Assembly (NCBI RefSeq): GCF_006345805.1 | Contig: NC_043001.1 | Span: 15,190,001-15,254,000 of the forward strand | DNA length: 64,000 nucleotides | Source: Octopus sinensis | Lineage: Eukaryota | Reading direction: 5' to 3' | Shown: piece after piece, positions 12,401 to 25,591 of the stretch | How the letters are laid out: every line of letters starts with the position of its first letter | Position numbering within the stretch: position 1 is the stretch's first letter | Translations under genes and position numbers: made by a program | The notes under the pieces: generated by a model | Seen by the model: the letters and a program-made list of their open reading frames with translations, nothing else | What the model was told of the DNA's origin: nothing | Database searches by the model: none

Positions 12401-13659
12401 TGATACATGTTTCAACAGTTTCCTTATTGCAAAAATGATTTCATTTTAATGTGATTCATCCTGCTTTCTACTTGATTTTAAAATTATTTTAAGTCTAAGA
12501 ATTTTAATATGAAGTTCATAAATAGTTTCAAAAGAAGCAATGGAAGAATGGACTAGAACTATTTCTACTTTCACTTAATCCTTATTTAGTATGCTTCAGT
12601 TAGTTATATATGATACACACAATTTATAAAAATATACCATTATTATTGAACCCATATCGGTAGAATACTGCATTCAACATCATACTGCTATAAACAGAAT
12701 CAAATATTTCATTGCTTGCGAAAAAGACAAATTTTGAAGAAATATTCAATAATTCTGTTTATTGCACAGAAAATGCTTAAATAACAATTTCTGGGTGATT
12801 TACAGCTATTTTTCAGCCTAGGCAACATCAGGTACTATTCTAGTAAATATAATACCTAAGAAAATAGCCTGTGAATTTCATGTTAATCTGATACAACAAA
12901 AGATGTGCAAGAAAAGAATTAAGAGTTTAAAATATAAGGTTGTTCTTTACTACAAGCAGTATTTAGTTGCCTGCTTCAGTTTTTTTCTTACTTTTCAAGG
13001 TGTCTGTTATCACTGCCTGTATCTCTAAACTCAAGCATTTTTTTTTTGTAATGATCAAAGACAGTTCTCCAAAACTCCTGATAATGGTCTCTCATAGATC
13101 CATTTCAGAAACCTTTTTATTAAAATCACTGATATATAACTAATTCTTTCCTTGATTAACTCAAAGACTTTTATATTTCTTTCACCTCAAAAATCCTAAC
13201 TCAAACTGTTTTGATTGCTTCGTGTATTGTTTTCATTTGTACAGCTGTTCACACAACTGGGCTGATATGGGGGAAGGTTTCCCAACTTTTAAAAATTACT
13301 CTAATTATATGAGTTTCTGATCCCTGTATTTATTCTTCTTGTTACATTATAGCCTTGAAGCTATTCTGTAACATCCAGCATGAAGAAATGTATATGAGTA
13401 TTGTGTTATATACTATAATCACCGAGAAATTTAAAGTGCACTTATTATCTACTTTCAGAGAAAATAAATATTTTCACAATCATCCATCCATTCAGTAAAC
13501 AGTAAAATCCTTGGACTGAAATAAATATCTAAAATATTTTAAAAACTTACTGGGAGATAATAATGACAATCAATGAAATTTTTTTATTCTTTTATTTTAA
13601 GTCACTGGACTGGGACTATACAGTACACCATCTTCAGTGGTTTTCGTCAACCATATCAA

Positions 13660-13850
13660 TCATCATCATCATCATCATTTAATGTCCATTTTTCCATGTT
13701 GGCATGAGTTGGATGGTTTGACAAGAGCTGGCAAGGCCAGGAGCTGCATCGGGTTCCATTGTCTGTTCTGGGAGGGTTTCTACAGCTGGATGCTCTTCCT
13801 AATGCTAACCACTTTACAAAGTGCGTTTTACATGGCACACATCAGCATTT
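13660..13850 (-). mobile_element. RTE LINE 3' end
   Basis: (CAT)n then TTTAATGTCCATTTTTCCATG.. reverse of the RTE tail. Confidence 0.75.
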
Positions 13851-14949
13851 AAATCAAACTCTGAACCACAGGGCATAGTTGTTAATCAAACTTAATCATA
13901 TAACTATGACTACATCTACGTTTATCAAAAAATATAATACGTGATTATCAAAAACAGGATTGAGTCCTAAAAATATGATTAATTCTTAGTCACTAAAACA
14001 TTTCTGATATTTAAATAAAGAAAATCCATGTCTACTATCAGAACATACCAGATTGTATCAGTATGTAAAAATAATAAAAAGAGATTGATACAAATAAATC
14101 AAGATAATAACAAACATTATGTATTAACTTTCAAATATAACAACTATGTGTTATGTCTCATAAATCATGCGTTTTATTATTTTGACCATTAATGCAGATT
14201 AATTAAATAAATTATTTTCAAAACAAAAACTTTCCTGTTTTTTAACAAAATATTTTTTCTTACAGTTAGATATATCAGCTCTTATTAAAAAAAATATAAA
14301 TATATAAAAAAAAAAACAATGAAGTTATTTTCTTTATCAATGGAATCGTACATATTTTGGAAATTTTAATGTAATTTTTATTCTTTTTAAGTTTATTGTC
14401 TTAAGAATTTTAGATAAAAATCACAGCAGTTCTAAGTTTGTGTTGTTAAAGATAGCATATCATTTGCATGTCGGTAAGATAGGAGATACCTAACAGCATG
14501 CAGCAAAAGATGTAAAATAAATTCAGACTCTGATATTGTCATTCTAAATGAACAGTTAAAGTGTTGAACATTTGAAGTAATGTCACAAAGGACATATAAG
14601 AATATGTTTATTTAGAGTAGATTTCTTGTAAGTAACATGTTTGCTATGAGAAGAACAAACCAAAACATACAACAACTCAACTCTACTGGCGTACCATATT
14701 GCCACTTATATGCAATGTTTGCTTAGCCTAGTAAAACATACACAAGGAATAGAGCTCTTAAAACAATATATACTAAGAGAGGGCATACTTAGTGCTACCA
14801 AATGCTATGTAATGGTAATCCTCTCGAAAGACATGTCATCCACTAATGGAACCAATGAGACATGTTATTTCTTATAACCAGCTTCATTTCAATAAAAATT
14901 CCTTCCATAGAATATTTCGTCCATATTCACATATTAAATGTATTCCTTC

Positions 14950-15860
14950 CATCGGATATATTTACCAATACTCTGGTAGCACTCTTATGCAGGTAGCAAC
15001 AGAATAGTAGCTACATTTTCTGAAAGTATCATCATCAGTGTAACATGAACAAATGAAGAAAACACAAACCAGCAAAAGAAATTTCTGAAGAAATCTAAAC
15101 AACTAATTATTTATTGGCAGATTTATCTTGAAAATGTCCTCATTTTAGCAGTGACTATCATATATTTCGAGAGAAAAAATAATCTTCAAGAGATTCTATC
15201 TAAAATGCCATTTCCTATATGACCTTTATTTAGTATTTTACGATGAGGTCTTGCCCAATTTGTGACAGATGATTTCAATAATTTGAACTGTTAATTGTGG
15301 AAAATACACACACTTTCAAGATTGCTCTGCTATTAAATATAATCAGGCAACGGCTCTCAAGATATTATTTGAACAAAAGGGAAATAGATTTTGATGCTGA
15401 AGGAAAAATGGACATTTCTATTTAATCACTGAAATACAAGTTGCTAATCATAAACATTAATGAAGAAAATTCTGATGAAATCTCGTCAACTTAATTGAGC
15501 ATTAGGTATTAAAATGAAAAAGGAAACACGACTGTCAATTCGAAGCAGCTTATGAATAAGACATCCTGTTCATTTATGGCAGGGTGTCAGTCATGGAATA
15601 GGGAAACTATTGAACAAATTGGTAACTAGCTTTAAATAACCGAGTGTTTTGTAAGCGAGAGAATATGTCATTTGCAAAATTTTATTGGATGTTCATTTAT
15701 AAGAATAACAGTAAGAGATTTATTTGAATAGAAATAATCAAACATTTTCAGGATGTCCACAAGAAATCCTTTATACTGATGACTGCTATTGGAGTTGAAA
15801 GTTAGTGAAAGGTTCTATATGTGCAATGTTAAGACCATATTCAACAATATTTCTATCACT
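14950..15860 (+). pseudogene. Highly decayed Helitron PIF1-like helicase fragment
   Basis: With frameshifts: VAL..AGSNRIVATFSES (VALAVASSGIAATLL), KKSKQLIIYW (AKLIIWDE), FYDEVLP (GDFRQVLP), LWK, FSGCPQEIL..LELKVS..AMLR (PSGxPPHxLxLKVGxxxMLLRN), in the correct order. Confidence 0.5.
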
Positions 15861-16109
15861 GACACTATTTTGAAGTGGCGAGGTATATAGTTAAGTATAT
15901 CAACAGGAATATATTACAGGAACTTATTTTATCTACTCCACAAGGATGAAAGACAGAGTGAAATCTGAGGTTTGAACCCACAATCTATGACTTGGACAAA
16001 TGCAAAAATATGAATAGACAAGCTTTAAATAATTATAGGAGAAAAACTTCATTGGTTTTGGCAGTAGATAGAATATGTATTGATAAACACGCACACATAC
16101 ACACGTATA

Positions 16110-16473
16110 TATATTCGTGGCACTCTGTTGGTTATGATGATGAGGGTTCTAGTTGATCCGATCAACAGAACAGCCTGCTCATGAAATTAACGTGCAAGTG
16201 GCTGAGCACTCCACAGACATGTGTACCTTTAACATAGTTCTCAGGGAGATTCAGCGTGACACAGAGTGGGACAAGGCTGGCCCTTTGAAATACAGGTACA
16301 ACAGAAATAGGAAGAAAGAGTGAGAGAAAGTTGTGAAAGAGTACAGCAGGGTTCGCTACCACCCCCTACCAGAGCCCCATGGAGCTTTAGGTGTTTTCAC
16401 TCAATAAACACTCACAATGCCCAGTCTGGGAATCAAAACTGTGATCCTATGGCTGCAAGTCTGCTGCCCTAAC
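16110..16473 (-). mobile_element. SINE family C (tRNA-headed), 5' end truncated
   Basis: Shares its head with 19000-19124 but stops at CCCTAAC. Confidence 0.8.
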
Positions 16474-16574
16474 AGATACAAGTCCATATGGATATTTGAG
16501 TGTTTGCACATGTTTGAGGAATTGTCTGCGACAGTGTCAATTTTACATTGCAGGTATCACCACCATTGTTTCAA

Positions 16575-16943
16575 GTGAAGTTGTGTGTCTGTCTCCTACG
16601 ATTTAGATTCCTAACTACTCCCACATTTTGCGGTGCAGTTTAACCAAAACCGGGTATCTTATAGTCGTGATTCATATCGAGCCCTTCTGGGTATGAGCGC
16701 GTCTACGATTTAAAAAAAAATTTACCATCATTTTTTCCCATTTTTAATGCATTTTTGGCATATATAAGGGAAGTAACTTTCTAAAAATTTATCATTAAAT
16801 CTCAGAACCTAAAAAGCTACAGTAACACCCCCCACCCTTTGTGGTTAACCATATTGAGATGGCTATTATACTTTACATCTCTAAAAATGCTTATATAGTT
16901 ATTTCCCTTACAAACCCGAGCAACGCCGGGCGATACTGCTAGT
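16575..16943 (+). mobile_element. Non-autonomous Helitron with intact 3' terminus
   Basis: Ends CCCG-AGCAACGC-CGGG hairpin (16915-16930), 8-nt spacer, CTAG (16939-16942), followed by T: the canonical Helitron 3' signature. CpG-retaining body. Confidence 0.8.
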
Positions 16944-17234
16944 TAGATATAAAACAAAACTAAGGCATAAAGTACATAAATCAGAAAAGTGCTAAAGGAT
17001 TATAAAGTAATTTAATCATTTGATGCCTAACCCTAATCCAAATTATTGCTAACTACAGATCCTTCATTCTTACATATATATATATATATATATCCACAGG
17101 CAAGTTTTGGACTTTAATTTCTAATCCCATAGGAGCTCAAGGAAATTTATATTTTCTACATTTTAAACTTATAGCCCGAGTACTTTAATAGTAAATTCTT
17201 TGAGGCAGTTACACAACTGATTAAACCTTACCAG

Positions 17235-17274
<40 letters not shown>

Positions 17275-17279
<5 letters not shown>

Positions 17280-17915
17280 TCATCGTTTAACATCCGTTTT
17301 CCATGCTGGAATGGGTTGGATGGTTTGACTGGGGACTGGCAAGTCAGGAGGCCGCACCAAGCTCCAAACTGATCTGGCAATGTTTCTACAGCTGGATGCC
17401 CTTCTTAATGCTAACCACTCCGAGAGTGTAGTGGATGCTTTTTACATGCCACCGGCATGGGAGCCAGTTAGCCGATACTGGCATCGGCTATGTTTAGATG
17501 GTGCTTTTTAAATGCTACTGGCACAGGAGCCAGTCGGTGGGAGGGGGTGCTGGCATCGATGACATTTGGATGGTGCTTTTTATGTGCCTGTCAGGCAACA
17601 CTGGCAACAACCCACGCATGAATGGTGCTTATTACATGCCACCAGCATGAGAGTCAGTCAGGTGGCACTGTCATCGGCCACAACTACAATTTCCATTCTT
17701 GACTGTGATTTTGATTTTTGATTTTACTTGATTCGTCCGACGATTCAAAGGTACTTTTTAAATGGGCTGGTTATGCAACTCTGGTATAGGCTACAGCTGT
17801 GATCTCACTTTACTTTCTGGGTCTTCTCAATCACAGCATATCTCTAGAGGTCTTGGTCTCTTGTCATTGCCTCTGTAAGACCCAATGTTCGAAGGTCATG
17901 CTACATCACCTCATC
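17275..17915 (-). mobile_element. RTE LINE 3' end including ORF2 C-terminus and repeat-bearing UTR
   Basis: 17820-17915 reads TWDEVM*HDLRTLGLTEAMTRDQDL*RYAVIEKT, which ties this tail family to RTE ORF2. Confidence 0.85.
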
Positions 17916-17918
17916 CCA

Positions 17919-17950
<32 letters not shown>

Positions 17951-17995
17951 ATCTCAAACTAAATGAAAATAAAATGAGCAAAAGTTTTAACATAC

Positions 17996-18029
17996 CTAGG
18001 GATGAAGTATTGAAGTGGAAGTTGATTTT
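17996..18029 (-). CDS. Candidate 34-nt exon (KINFHFNTSSL or NQLPLQYFIP)
   Basis: Acceptor attttcttgatcactcattcag, donor TAG|GTATGT. Confidence 0.2.
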
Positions 18030-18589
18030 CTGAATGAGTGATCAAGAAAATAATTAAAATTGTAATAAAAAGAGGAATCATTAGTTAATGACTAATTTTA
18101 GTCAAGGAAGGTAAGGGGGACAATTTCAAAATCTAATTTAATTTTAAAAAAACGATAGGAGACATGTGGTGGAATGAAGAGAAGGGTGATCAATGGCAAG
18201 AATTATGTGTGTCTAGCATTGAATATTGAGCATATGGTTATAAATTATTTCTATTATTGTGATTGTGTTGCGCTTCTATACAAAGCATGTAATTCTTTTG
18301 TTTGTTCCAGTTTGCTGAATTCAAGAAAAACAAAAATGAAAAATGAATATGTCCCACTTTTGGTTTACTGTTGAATGTGTGTGTGTGTGTGTGTGAATGG
18401 GTGGCAGGGAGAGAATGGTAGGAAGATTATCATCCAGCTGTAAAAACAACTGCTCCAACAAATAAACCATTCCACCCAAGCTAGCATGGAAAAAAATGGA
18501 TGTAAATCAGTAATGCATCTAAACGTATCTAAATATGTATAACTAAAACTTTTCATGTTTTTATGTGTAAATGCATGGATGTCAGTGAG

Positions 18590-18830
18590 TATACTGGCAT
18601 ATCTACACACATAGAGAGAGACATACACATGTAGAGATACATGTATATATATATACATGTATACACACACATGCATATATATATATGTATATATACATGC
18701 ATATACACATATGTACATATACATTCATACAAACATATGTACATACACATATATATATACATATACTTACTTACACACTAATACATATACACCAGTATAC
18801 ACACATACACATATACATGCATACATACAT
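18590..18830. repeat. Complex (AT/AC)n low-complexity tract
   Basis: Direct reading; source of the YIYI/HTH ORFs. Confidence 0.9.
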
Positions 18831-19124
18831 CTATCACGTGACCGACCAGGCAATCAGATGTTGCTACACATTGCTGGTCACAATGTGTTTTGCATTGTTT
18901 TAGCCTTCAAATGATGCCACCCCGCTGGCTAAGCGAGCAGACCAACAGAAGAAAGTTGTGGCGAAAGGGTACAGCAGGGATCACCACCAACCCCTGCCGG
19001 AACCTTGTGGAGCTTTTAGCTGTTTTTGCTCAATAAACACTCACAACGCCCGGTCTGGGAATCGAAACAGCAATCCTACGACCACAAGTCCGTTGCCCTA
19101 ACCACTGGGCCATTGCACCTCCAC
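18831..19124 (-). mobile_element. SINE family C variant (complete tRNA-like head, different body)
   Basis: Head GTGGAGGTGCAATGGCCCAGTGGTTAGGGCA...GTTTCGATTCCCAGACC contains box A and box B. Confidence 0.8.
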
Positions 19125-19384
19125 ACATACATATATACACACAGATAATCACATTATACACACATACATAATTACATATATACACACACACACACGCACA
19201 CATATACAGGTGTGTATATACATGTACCTGTATTCATACCTAGAGCAAGACTTAAAACATGTACTGGAGCTAATTTGATTGCCTAATCCCTTTAAAGTAT
19301 TGCCCCAACATGACCACAGATTGTATGTATGTGTGAACATGTATTTAAAGATATATAAGATTTGTATGTATGAATATATGGAAC

Positions 19385-19990
19385 TAAGCATGGCTATGTG
19401 GTAAGAAGTTTTCTTCCCGACCCTATGGTTCTGAGATCAGTACCACAGCATGACATCTTGGGCAGGAGTCTTGTACTATAGCCTGAGATTGACCAAAATC
19501 TTGAGAATAGATTTGGTGGATGGAAACTGAAAGAAGCTTATTCTTTTCTACTCTAGACACAAGGCCTGAAATTTTTTTTTGGTGGGGGAGCCAGTATCGA
19601 TTAGATTGACCCCAGTGCACAACTGGTCCTTAATTTATTGACTCTGAAAGGATGAAAGGCAAAGTCAACCTCGATGGAATGTGAACTCAGAACATATAGA
19701 CAGATGAAATACTGCTAAGCATTTTGCTGGCATGCTAATGTTTCTGTCAGCTTGCTACCTTGAAAGAAGCCCATTATGTGTGTCTGTGTGCATTTGTGTA
19801 TGTGTGTATTTGTCCCCATCACTAATAGACAAATGGTTATATTTTATTGGTGTTGGTATGTTTACATCCTTGTAGACTAAAAACGAAACTGACATAAGTA
19901 CCATGTTTAAATAAAAAATAAGTACAGGGGTACAAAAATTCTTCAAGGTTGTGCCACAGCCTAACGACTGAAACAAGGAAAGTAATATAA
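19385..19990 (+). mobile_element. SINE A interrupted by SINE B (minus, 19538-19760) with 10-bp TSD TGAAAGAAGC
   Basis: TSD at 19528-19537 and 19761-19770. Confidence 0.8.
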
Positions 19991-20421
19991 AAATAACAAA
20001 AAAGATACAAGTCCATATGGATATTTGAGTGTTTGCACATGTTTGAGGAATTGTCTGCGACTGTGTCAATTTTACATTGCAGGTATCACCACCATTGTTT
20101 CATGTCTGTATTCCATGCTGGTTTCACAGGATCCATTGGGTCTAAGGATGGCATCATGCTCTCGTATCTTCTTTGACAGGGTTTCTATGGCTGGAAGCAA
20201 TGCCAACCACTTTACAGCCTCTACTGAGTGCTATTTACAAGCTACTGGTGAGAGATCCCCATGCAGTTTACAAGACTATAAACCCTGATGTTCATAGAAG
20301 ATGAGAGTTGAATGTATGAGAAAAGGGTGGGGAAAGAAGGTCCCTGTTGAACAGGAGCTACATATTATTACAATTCATTATTACTGATTCAATTAGGTAA
20401 CTATTTACTGCATTTTATGTA

Positions 20422-20460
<39 letters not shown>

Positions 20461-20836
20461 GCTAAGCATATTAAAGCATTTATATATAATTATGAAGCCA
20501 AATTATGTAAATGCTTTCATATAATATGTAATGATCTTCATTAGTGTGTCTAATATGCACTTTCATTAGTGTTTCTATTTCTAATTCTTTGATGTCCTAT
20601 TGAGACAAGAAATTATTTTAATTGCTAAATTTGTTCTGAACATATGAATCACAAAGAACATATCTGAAAGGACTTTGCTGTATTTATAGATTAAGTATAT
20701 TTAGTTTCTGAAGAGTTTTTGAAAATAGTGAAAGCGGAGATTGTTTGCTAAAAAAATAAATCTGTAAAATGTAACCATTTGCTGCATACTTCACTGTATA
20801 GCTTGTATTGAGTCCCCTTTGATTCAAAAATGTTCC

Positions 20837-20877
<41 letters not shown>

Positions 20878-20879
<2 letters not shown>

Positions 20880-21093
20880 ATTTCGTTTTTGGATTTGGTT
20901 TGCAAGATTTTTTATATGAGTTCGTGTGTTGAAGCATATTCTGTTGTGTCTGGGGAGAGTCATTTTCTTTTTGAGAGTCAAGACTATTGAAAAGGTTGCA
21001 AGACGCAACAAAAATTTTAGGAAAATAAAAATAAGAAGTGGAAATTTTACTGGTGAGTGTGTTACATTATAAGGACTCTCTCCAGACACAACA
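20878..21093. mobile_element. MITE-like long-TIR family, copy 2
   Basis: CTGTTGTGTCTGGGGAGAGTC ... GACTCTCTCCAGACACAACAG; flanked by TA-rich repeats. Confidence 0.7.
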
Positions 21094-21594
21094 GTATATA
21101 TATATATATATAGACAGACAGACAGATAGAGCAAAATTAGTTACACATTAGAATCTAGACACATCAACACGTGGGATACCAGGACAGGCTAGGTACCATG
21201 ATACTGAATTCACACTGAGGTTAAAAGCAACCAAGACTTGTTAGGTGTTGATAGAGTACTGCAGCAAGATATATTGTTATTCGAATTGGTACAACCATGA
21301 AACGATCGTAGTGTTTTACTCTTTATCTTTTATTAAATTTTTAATACTTTTGATATTTATATAAAAAAAAAAAATAAATAAATAAAAATAAAGATTAATA
21401 TATAAATAAATAAGTTATATATATATATATATATAGGTACCAAATCCAATATAAACTGTAGATCTAACTAAGCTGCTTGGTTCCAGGAGTTGCATAAGTA
21501 TAAAAAGAACATAAATGGGGTTTAAATTTTACTACAGCTGTTTTGGTAGAATTTTGTTGGTGCATTCATAGATTATGTTATAGCATAAACTCAC

Positions 21595-21652
21595 CATCCT
21601 CAGGTAAAATTTTAAACAGGTATAAACAGGCAAATCAAACCTTGATGATGAC
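21595..21652 (-). CDS. Candidate 58-nt exon (xSSSRFDLPVYTCLKFYLRM)
   Basis: Acceptor catgttgtttgttggctag, donor ATG|GTGAGT; only one frame is open. Confidence 0.3.
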
Positions 21653-21740
21653 CTAGCCAACAAACAACATGATGAATAGCACACACACACACATATATCT
21701 ACAATCCTTGCCTCAGTAAGAAAGAGAAAATATTCAGATA

Positions 21741-22158
21741 GGCGCAGGAGTGGCCGTGTGGTAAGTAGCTTGCTTATCAACCACATGGTTCCGGGTTCAG
21801 TCCCACTGCGTGGCACCTTGGGCAAGTGTCTTCTACTATAGCCTCGGGCCGGTCAATGCCTTGTGAGTGGATTTGGTAGACGGAAACTGAAAGAAGCCCG
21901 TCCTATATATGTATATATATATATATATATGCGTGTGTGTGTGTCTGTGTTTGTCCCCCTAGCATTGCTTGACAACCGATGCTGGTGTGTTTACGTCCCC
22001 GTTACTTAGCGGTTTGGCAAAAGAGACCGATAGAATAAGTACTGGGCTTACAAAAAGAATAAGTCCCGGGGTCGAGTTGCTCGATTAAAGGCGGTGCTCC
22101 AGCATGGCCGCAGTCAAATGACTGAAACAAGTAAAAGAGTAAAAGAGAGAGTAAAGAG
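21741..22158 (+). mobile_element. SINE family A, young full-length copy with 11-bp TSD ATATTCAGATA
   Basis: TSD at 21730-21740 and 22159-22169; CpGs retained. Confidence 0.95.
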
Positions 22159-22342
22159 ATATTCAGATAAGCAACTCTTGTTTTCCAACCTCATTTTATA
22201 GCACTAATTATAATTAATATTATTATTCATTAATTTATCTCTCTACCCAAATATTTTTTATTCCATGGCATATATAAAGTAAAGTTAGGAAACTCTATGT
22301 CCAATTCTCTCTCACTTTAACACTCATTATAATTATTATTAT

Positions 22343-23600
22343 TTGAAAGACCGATTTAATGACACCCTCTTGCAGACTACCTCATCATCAAATGACAGGG
22401 ACCTTTTCTTTGTGGCTGGCAACTTCAATGGGCATGTTGGACAACATGCAGGGGACTTCCATGGTGTACATGGAGGCTATGGTTTTGGTTCCTTCAATGA
22501 GGAGGGAACCAGGCTGCTGGAGTTCTGTGATGCAAATGATCTTATGGTTTGCAATACTAACTTCAGGAAACCTGCCAGCCACCTATTCACTTACTGATCT
22601 GGTGGACACACTAGTCAAATAGATTACATCCTTGCCAGGAAATGGGAAAGATGGCTACTTATAAATGCCAAAACCTTCTCAAGTGAAGAATGCACCCCAT
22701 AACATAGATTTGTAGCTAGCAACTTCAGGATCAGGGCTAAATGGATGCCCAGAAGACAGCCAGCATGGAGAAGAAGGGTCTGGAAGTTTAAGGATCCTGC
22801 GAATGGACAGAGATTTAGAGATGTATTACTTGAAGCTTTTGACGAAAAAGAAGAGGATATAACATCACATAATGCAGAGGAAAACTGGAGGTTCCTATGG
22901 GACAACCTATTGATGGCTACTGACCAGATCTGTGGCTGGTGCAAAATTCCCTCTCAATCTAAGGTGACATGGTGGTGGAACAATGTAGTTGACAGGGCCA
23001 CTAGGGAACAGAAACAAGCATGGAAGGACAGGAAGTGTGGTGGTAGCAGGGAACTGTATCAGATAGCCAGAAGGGAAGCTAAGAGATGGTTCACTTAGCC
23101 AGAGGGAAAACAGATAAGAAATTTGCCAATGTTCTACGTTGTGAGGACCAGAGACTTGAAGTGTTTCGAATTGCAAGATAGTGTGTGAGAGAAAATCTTG
23201 ATGTCATAGGAGAGAAATGTGTCAGCCAGTGACACATAAAAAACACCATTTGTGCATGGCCAATGCTAGTGTTGCTTGACTGGCACTCATGCCAGTGGCA
23301 TGGAAAACGCACCATTCGAGTGTGGCAGACGCCAGTGGTGCCTGACTGGCACCCATGCAGGAGGCATGTTAAAAGCACCATTCGAATGTGACTGATGCCA
23401 GTGCTGCCTGATTGACCCCCATGCCAGTGGCATGTAAAAACCACCCACTACACTCTCAGAGTGGTTGGCATTAGGAAGGGCATCCAGTTGTAGAAACCTT
23501 GCCAAATCAGATTGGAGCTTGGTGTAGCCTCCCGGCTTGCCAGTTTTTATTCAAACCATCCAACCCATGCCAGCATGGAAAGCGGATGTTAAATGACAAT
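22343..23600 (+). mobile_element. Internally deleted RTE LINE: APE endonuclease C-terminal half and linker joined to 3' UTR
   Basis: AGNFNGHVG..GYGFGSFNEEGTRLLEFCDANDLMVCNTNF..SQIDYILAR..HRFV, then TWWWN linker; switches to UTR repeats at ~23225 with no RT domain. Confidence 0.9.
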
Positions 23601-24319
23601 GAGATATACACACATTTATACATATGCACACACATATACATACATGTAATATAAACATACACCTGCATAAATACAATATATAAGTATGCATGCATGTATA
23701 TATACACACACCTGCATACATCTATCTATATATATATGTATATATATATATATATGTGTGCGTGAGTGTTTATGTTTGTGTGTACACATAAACAAGAAAA
23801 TATGGACCCAAAGAGTGAAAGATATAAAGCAGAACTAGGTTTATAGACATAAATATCAATTTGTCAAATTATCTGTAACTCAGTGAAAGCATGTAAGTTG
23901 TTCGTATCAAGAATCAAAAGATTTCTGCCAAAATCCAGGGTATGCTAACTTTGTTGGCAAGATTCATTTTTAAAAAATACCTTCCTCGCATTTCTTTCTC
24001 TCACCTGGCAAAATAATGTGGCATATGTTGCAGGGGCAACCTATTGGCTAAATACCAAAATGAGAAATATATATCATTTCAATTGTTACTAAAAATGTTT
24101 TCATGTAGTTGTAAGGTGCCTTTGTTACAAAGGCTTCATACCTTAGTTACCTTTAATATAGCCTGTAGGTGAAGGGAAGAGCTGTCACTAAGTTCTTTGT
24201 GTTTTTTCATTTGTTTTCTGTTTTTTTTAACAATATATTTTACTGGTGGAACACTATACATTTCAATGTAGGAAACACAGAGAAAATAAATGGAAAACAA
24301 GCATGATTTTTTTCTAGTG

Positions 24320-24322
<3 letters not shown>

Positions 24323-24369
<47 letters not shown>

Positions 24370-24389
24370 GAGAGAGAGAGAGAGAGAGA
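24323..24389. repeat. (CA)n(GA)n microsatellite
   Basis: Direct reading. Confidence 0.95.
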
Positions 24390-24664
24390 TTTGTGTGTAC
24401 AGGAAGATATGCCTATGAAAGGTACAACTCTTGAAGATGTTAGATTCTTAACAACATCAGACTCCAGCTGTGAGATCACTGTGTTTAGTATCAATCAATT
24501 AGTATTGATTTGACAGGTGATTAATACAACACCTTTATGTACTTCCATAGAATATGTATCTCCAGCACAATACCTTAGAAGGTAACAACTGCATTTTATG
24601 GCCTTAGGTTTTCAGATTCGTGCCAGTGATTCCCTACTAATGCTTTATCCATAATAACTATATA

Positions 24665-24790
24665 TTCAAATTCTGTTGTGTCTGGGGAGAGTCAATTTCT
24701 TTTTGTGCCTTATAATCTAACAAACACACTCACCAGAAAAATTTCCACTTTTTTTTCTTATTTTTATTATCTATAAAATATTATTTTTCT
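24665..24790. mobile_element. MITE-like long-TIR family, copy 3 (partial)
   Basis: TTCTGTTGTGTCTGGGGAGAGTCAATTTCTTTTGTGCCTTATAAT. Confidence 0.65.
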
Positions 24791-25224
24791 CTCCAAAACT
24801 TTCAAATACTCTTTATTACATCGAATGAACATTTTCTGGTCATGCAGCGTCACACTTCTTATACATATCTCATACAATTTGTGGTAATGCCGTGGGGGGG
24901 GGGGGGATTTTCCATATTTGTTTTGTCTGTGTTTTTCTTGCTGGACTGTGATTGTGTATCACCAGCCATCATAACAGAGCAAAGTATTTTATCATGGCAT
25001 AAACATCATAAATATTCTGATATTAAATTTTATATTTCAAGAAGAAATTATTTTAAATTTCTCAAGATATAATAATTTCAACAAAGTTTTCTCTGTGTTT
25101 TATTGCACTAAAATCAGTAACTGACCTCTTTTTGATATTTGAAATATATATATATAAAAGAGTAGTATAAAATAAGAAAAATCATGTAACTGTCACAGTA
25201 AAGTCCTCTTACAGATTTGGCTAT

Positions 25225-25495
25225 AAGTTCTGAAAGAAGCCTGTCGTATATAGGTATATATGTGTGTATGTGTGAGTGTTTGTGTGTGTTTGTCCCCCTA
25301 GCATTGCTTGACAACCGATGCTGGTGTGTTTATGTCCCCGTCACTTAGTGGTTCGGCAAAAGAGACCGATAGAATAAGTACTGGGCTTACAAAAGAATAA
25401 GTCCCGGAGTCGATTTGCTCGACTAAAAGGCGGTGCTCCAGCATGGCCGCAGTCAAATGACTGAAACAAGTAAAAGAGTAAAGAGTAAAAGAGTA
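25225..25495 (+). mobile_element. SINE family A, 3' half
   Basis: Matches 21890-22150. Confidence 0.85.
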
Positions 25496-25591
25496 TATAT
25501 AAAATCTTGCATGCTGAAATTGATACTACATGAAGATTGTGAAATGTCTGTATCCCTTTGGAAGGAATAAATATATCAATATTCACTGTGC

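Noticed and set aside
18365-18914. YIYI/HTHT ORFs here and at 10619, 20684, 23507, 24136 and 43774
   Set aside because: Microsatellite translations.
19040-19124. tRNA gene
   Set aside because: Box A/B are present but there is no complete cloverleaf and it continues into a SINE body; the same applies to family A and B heads.
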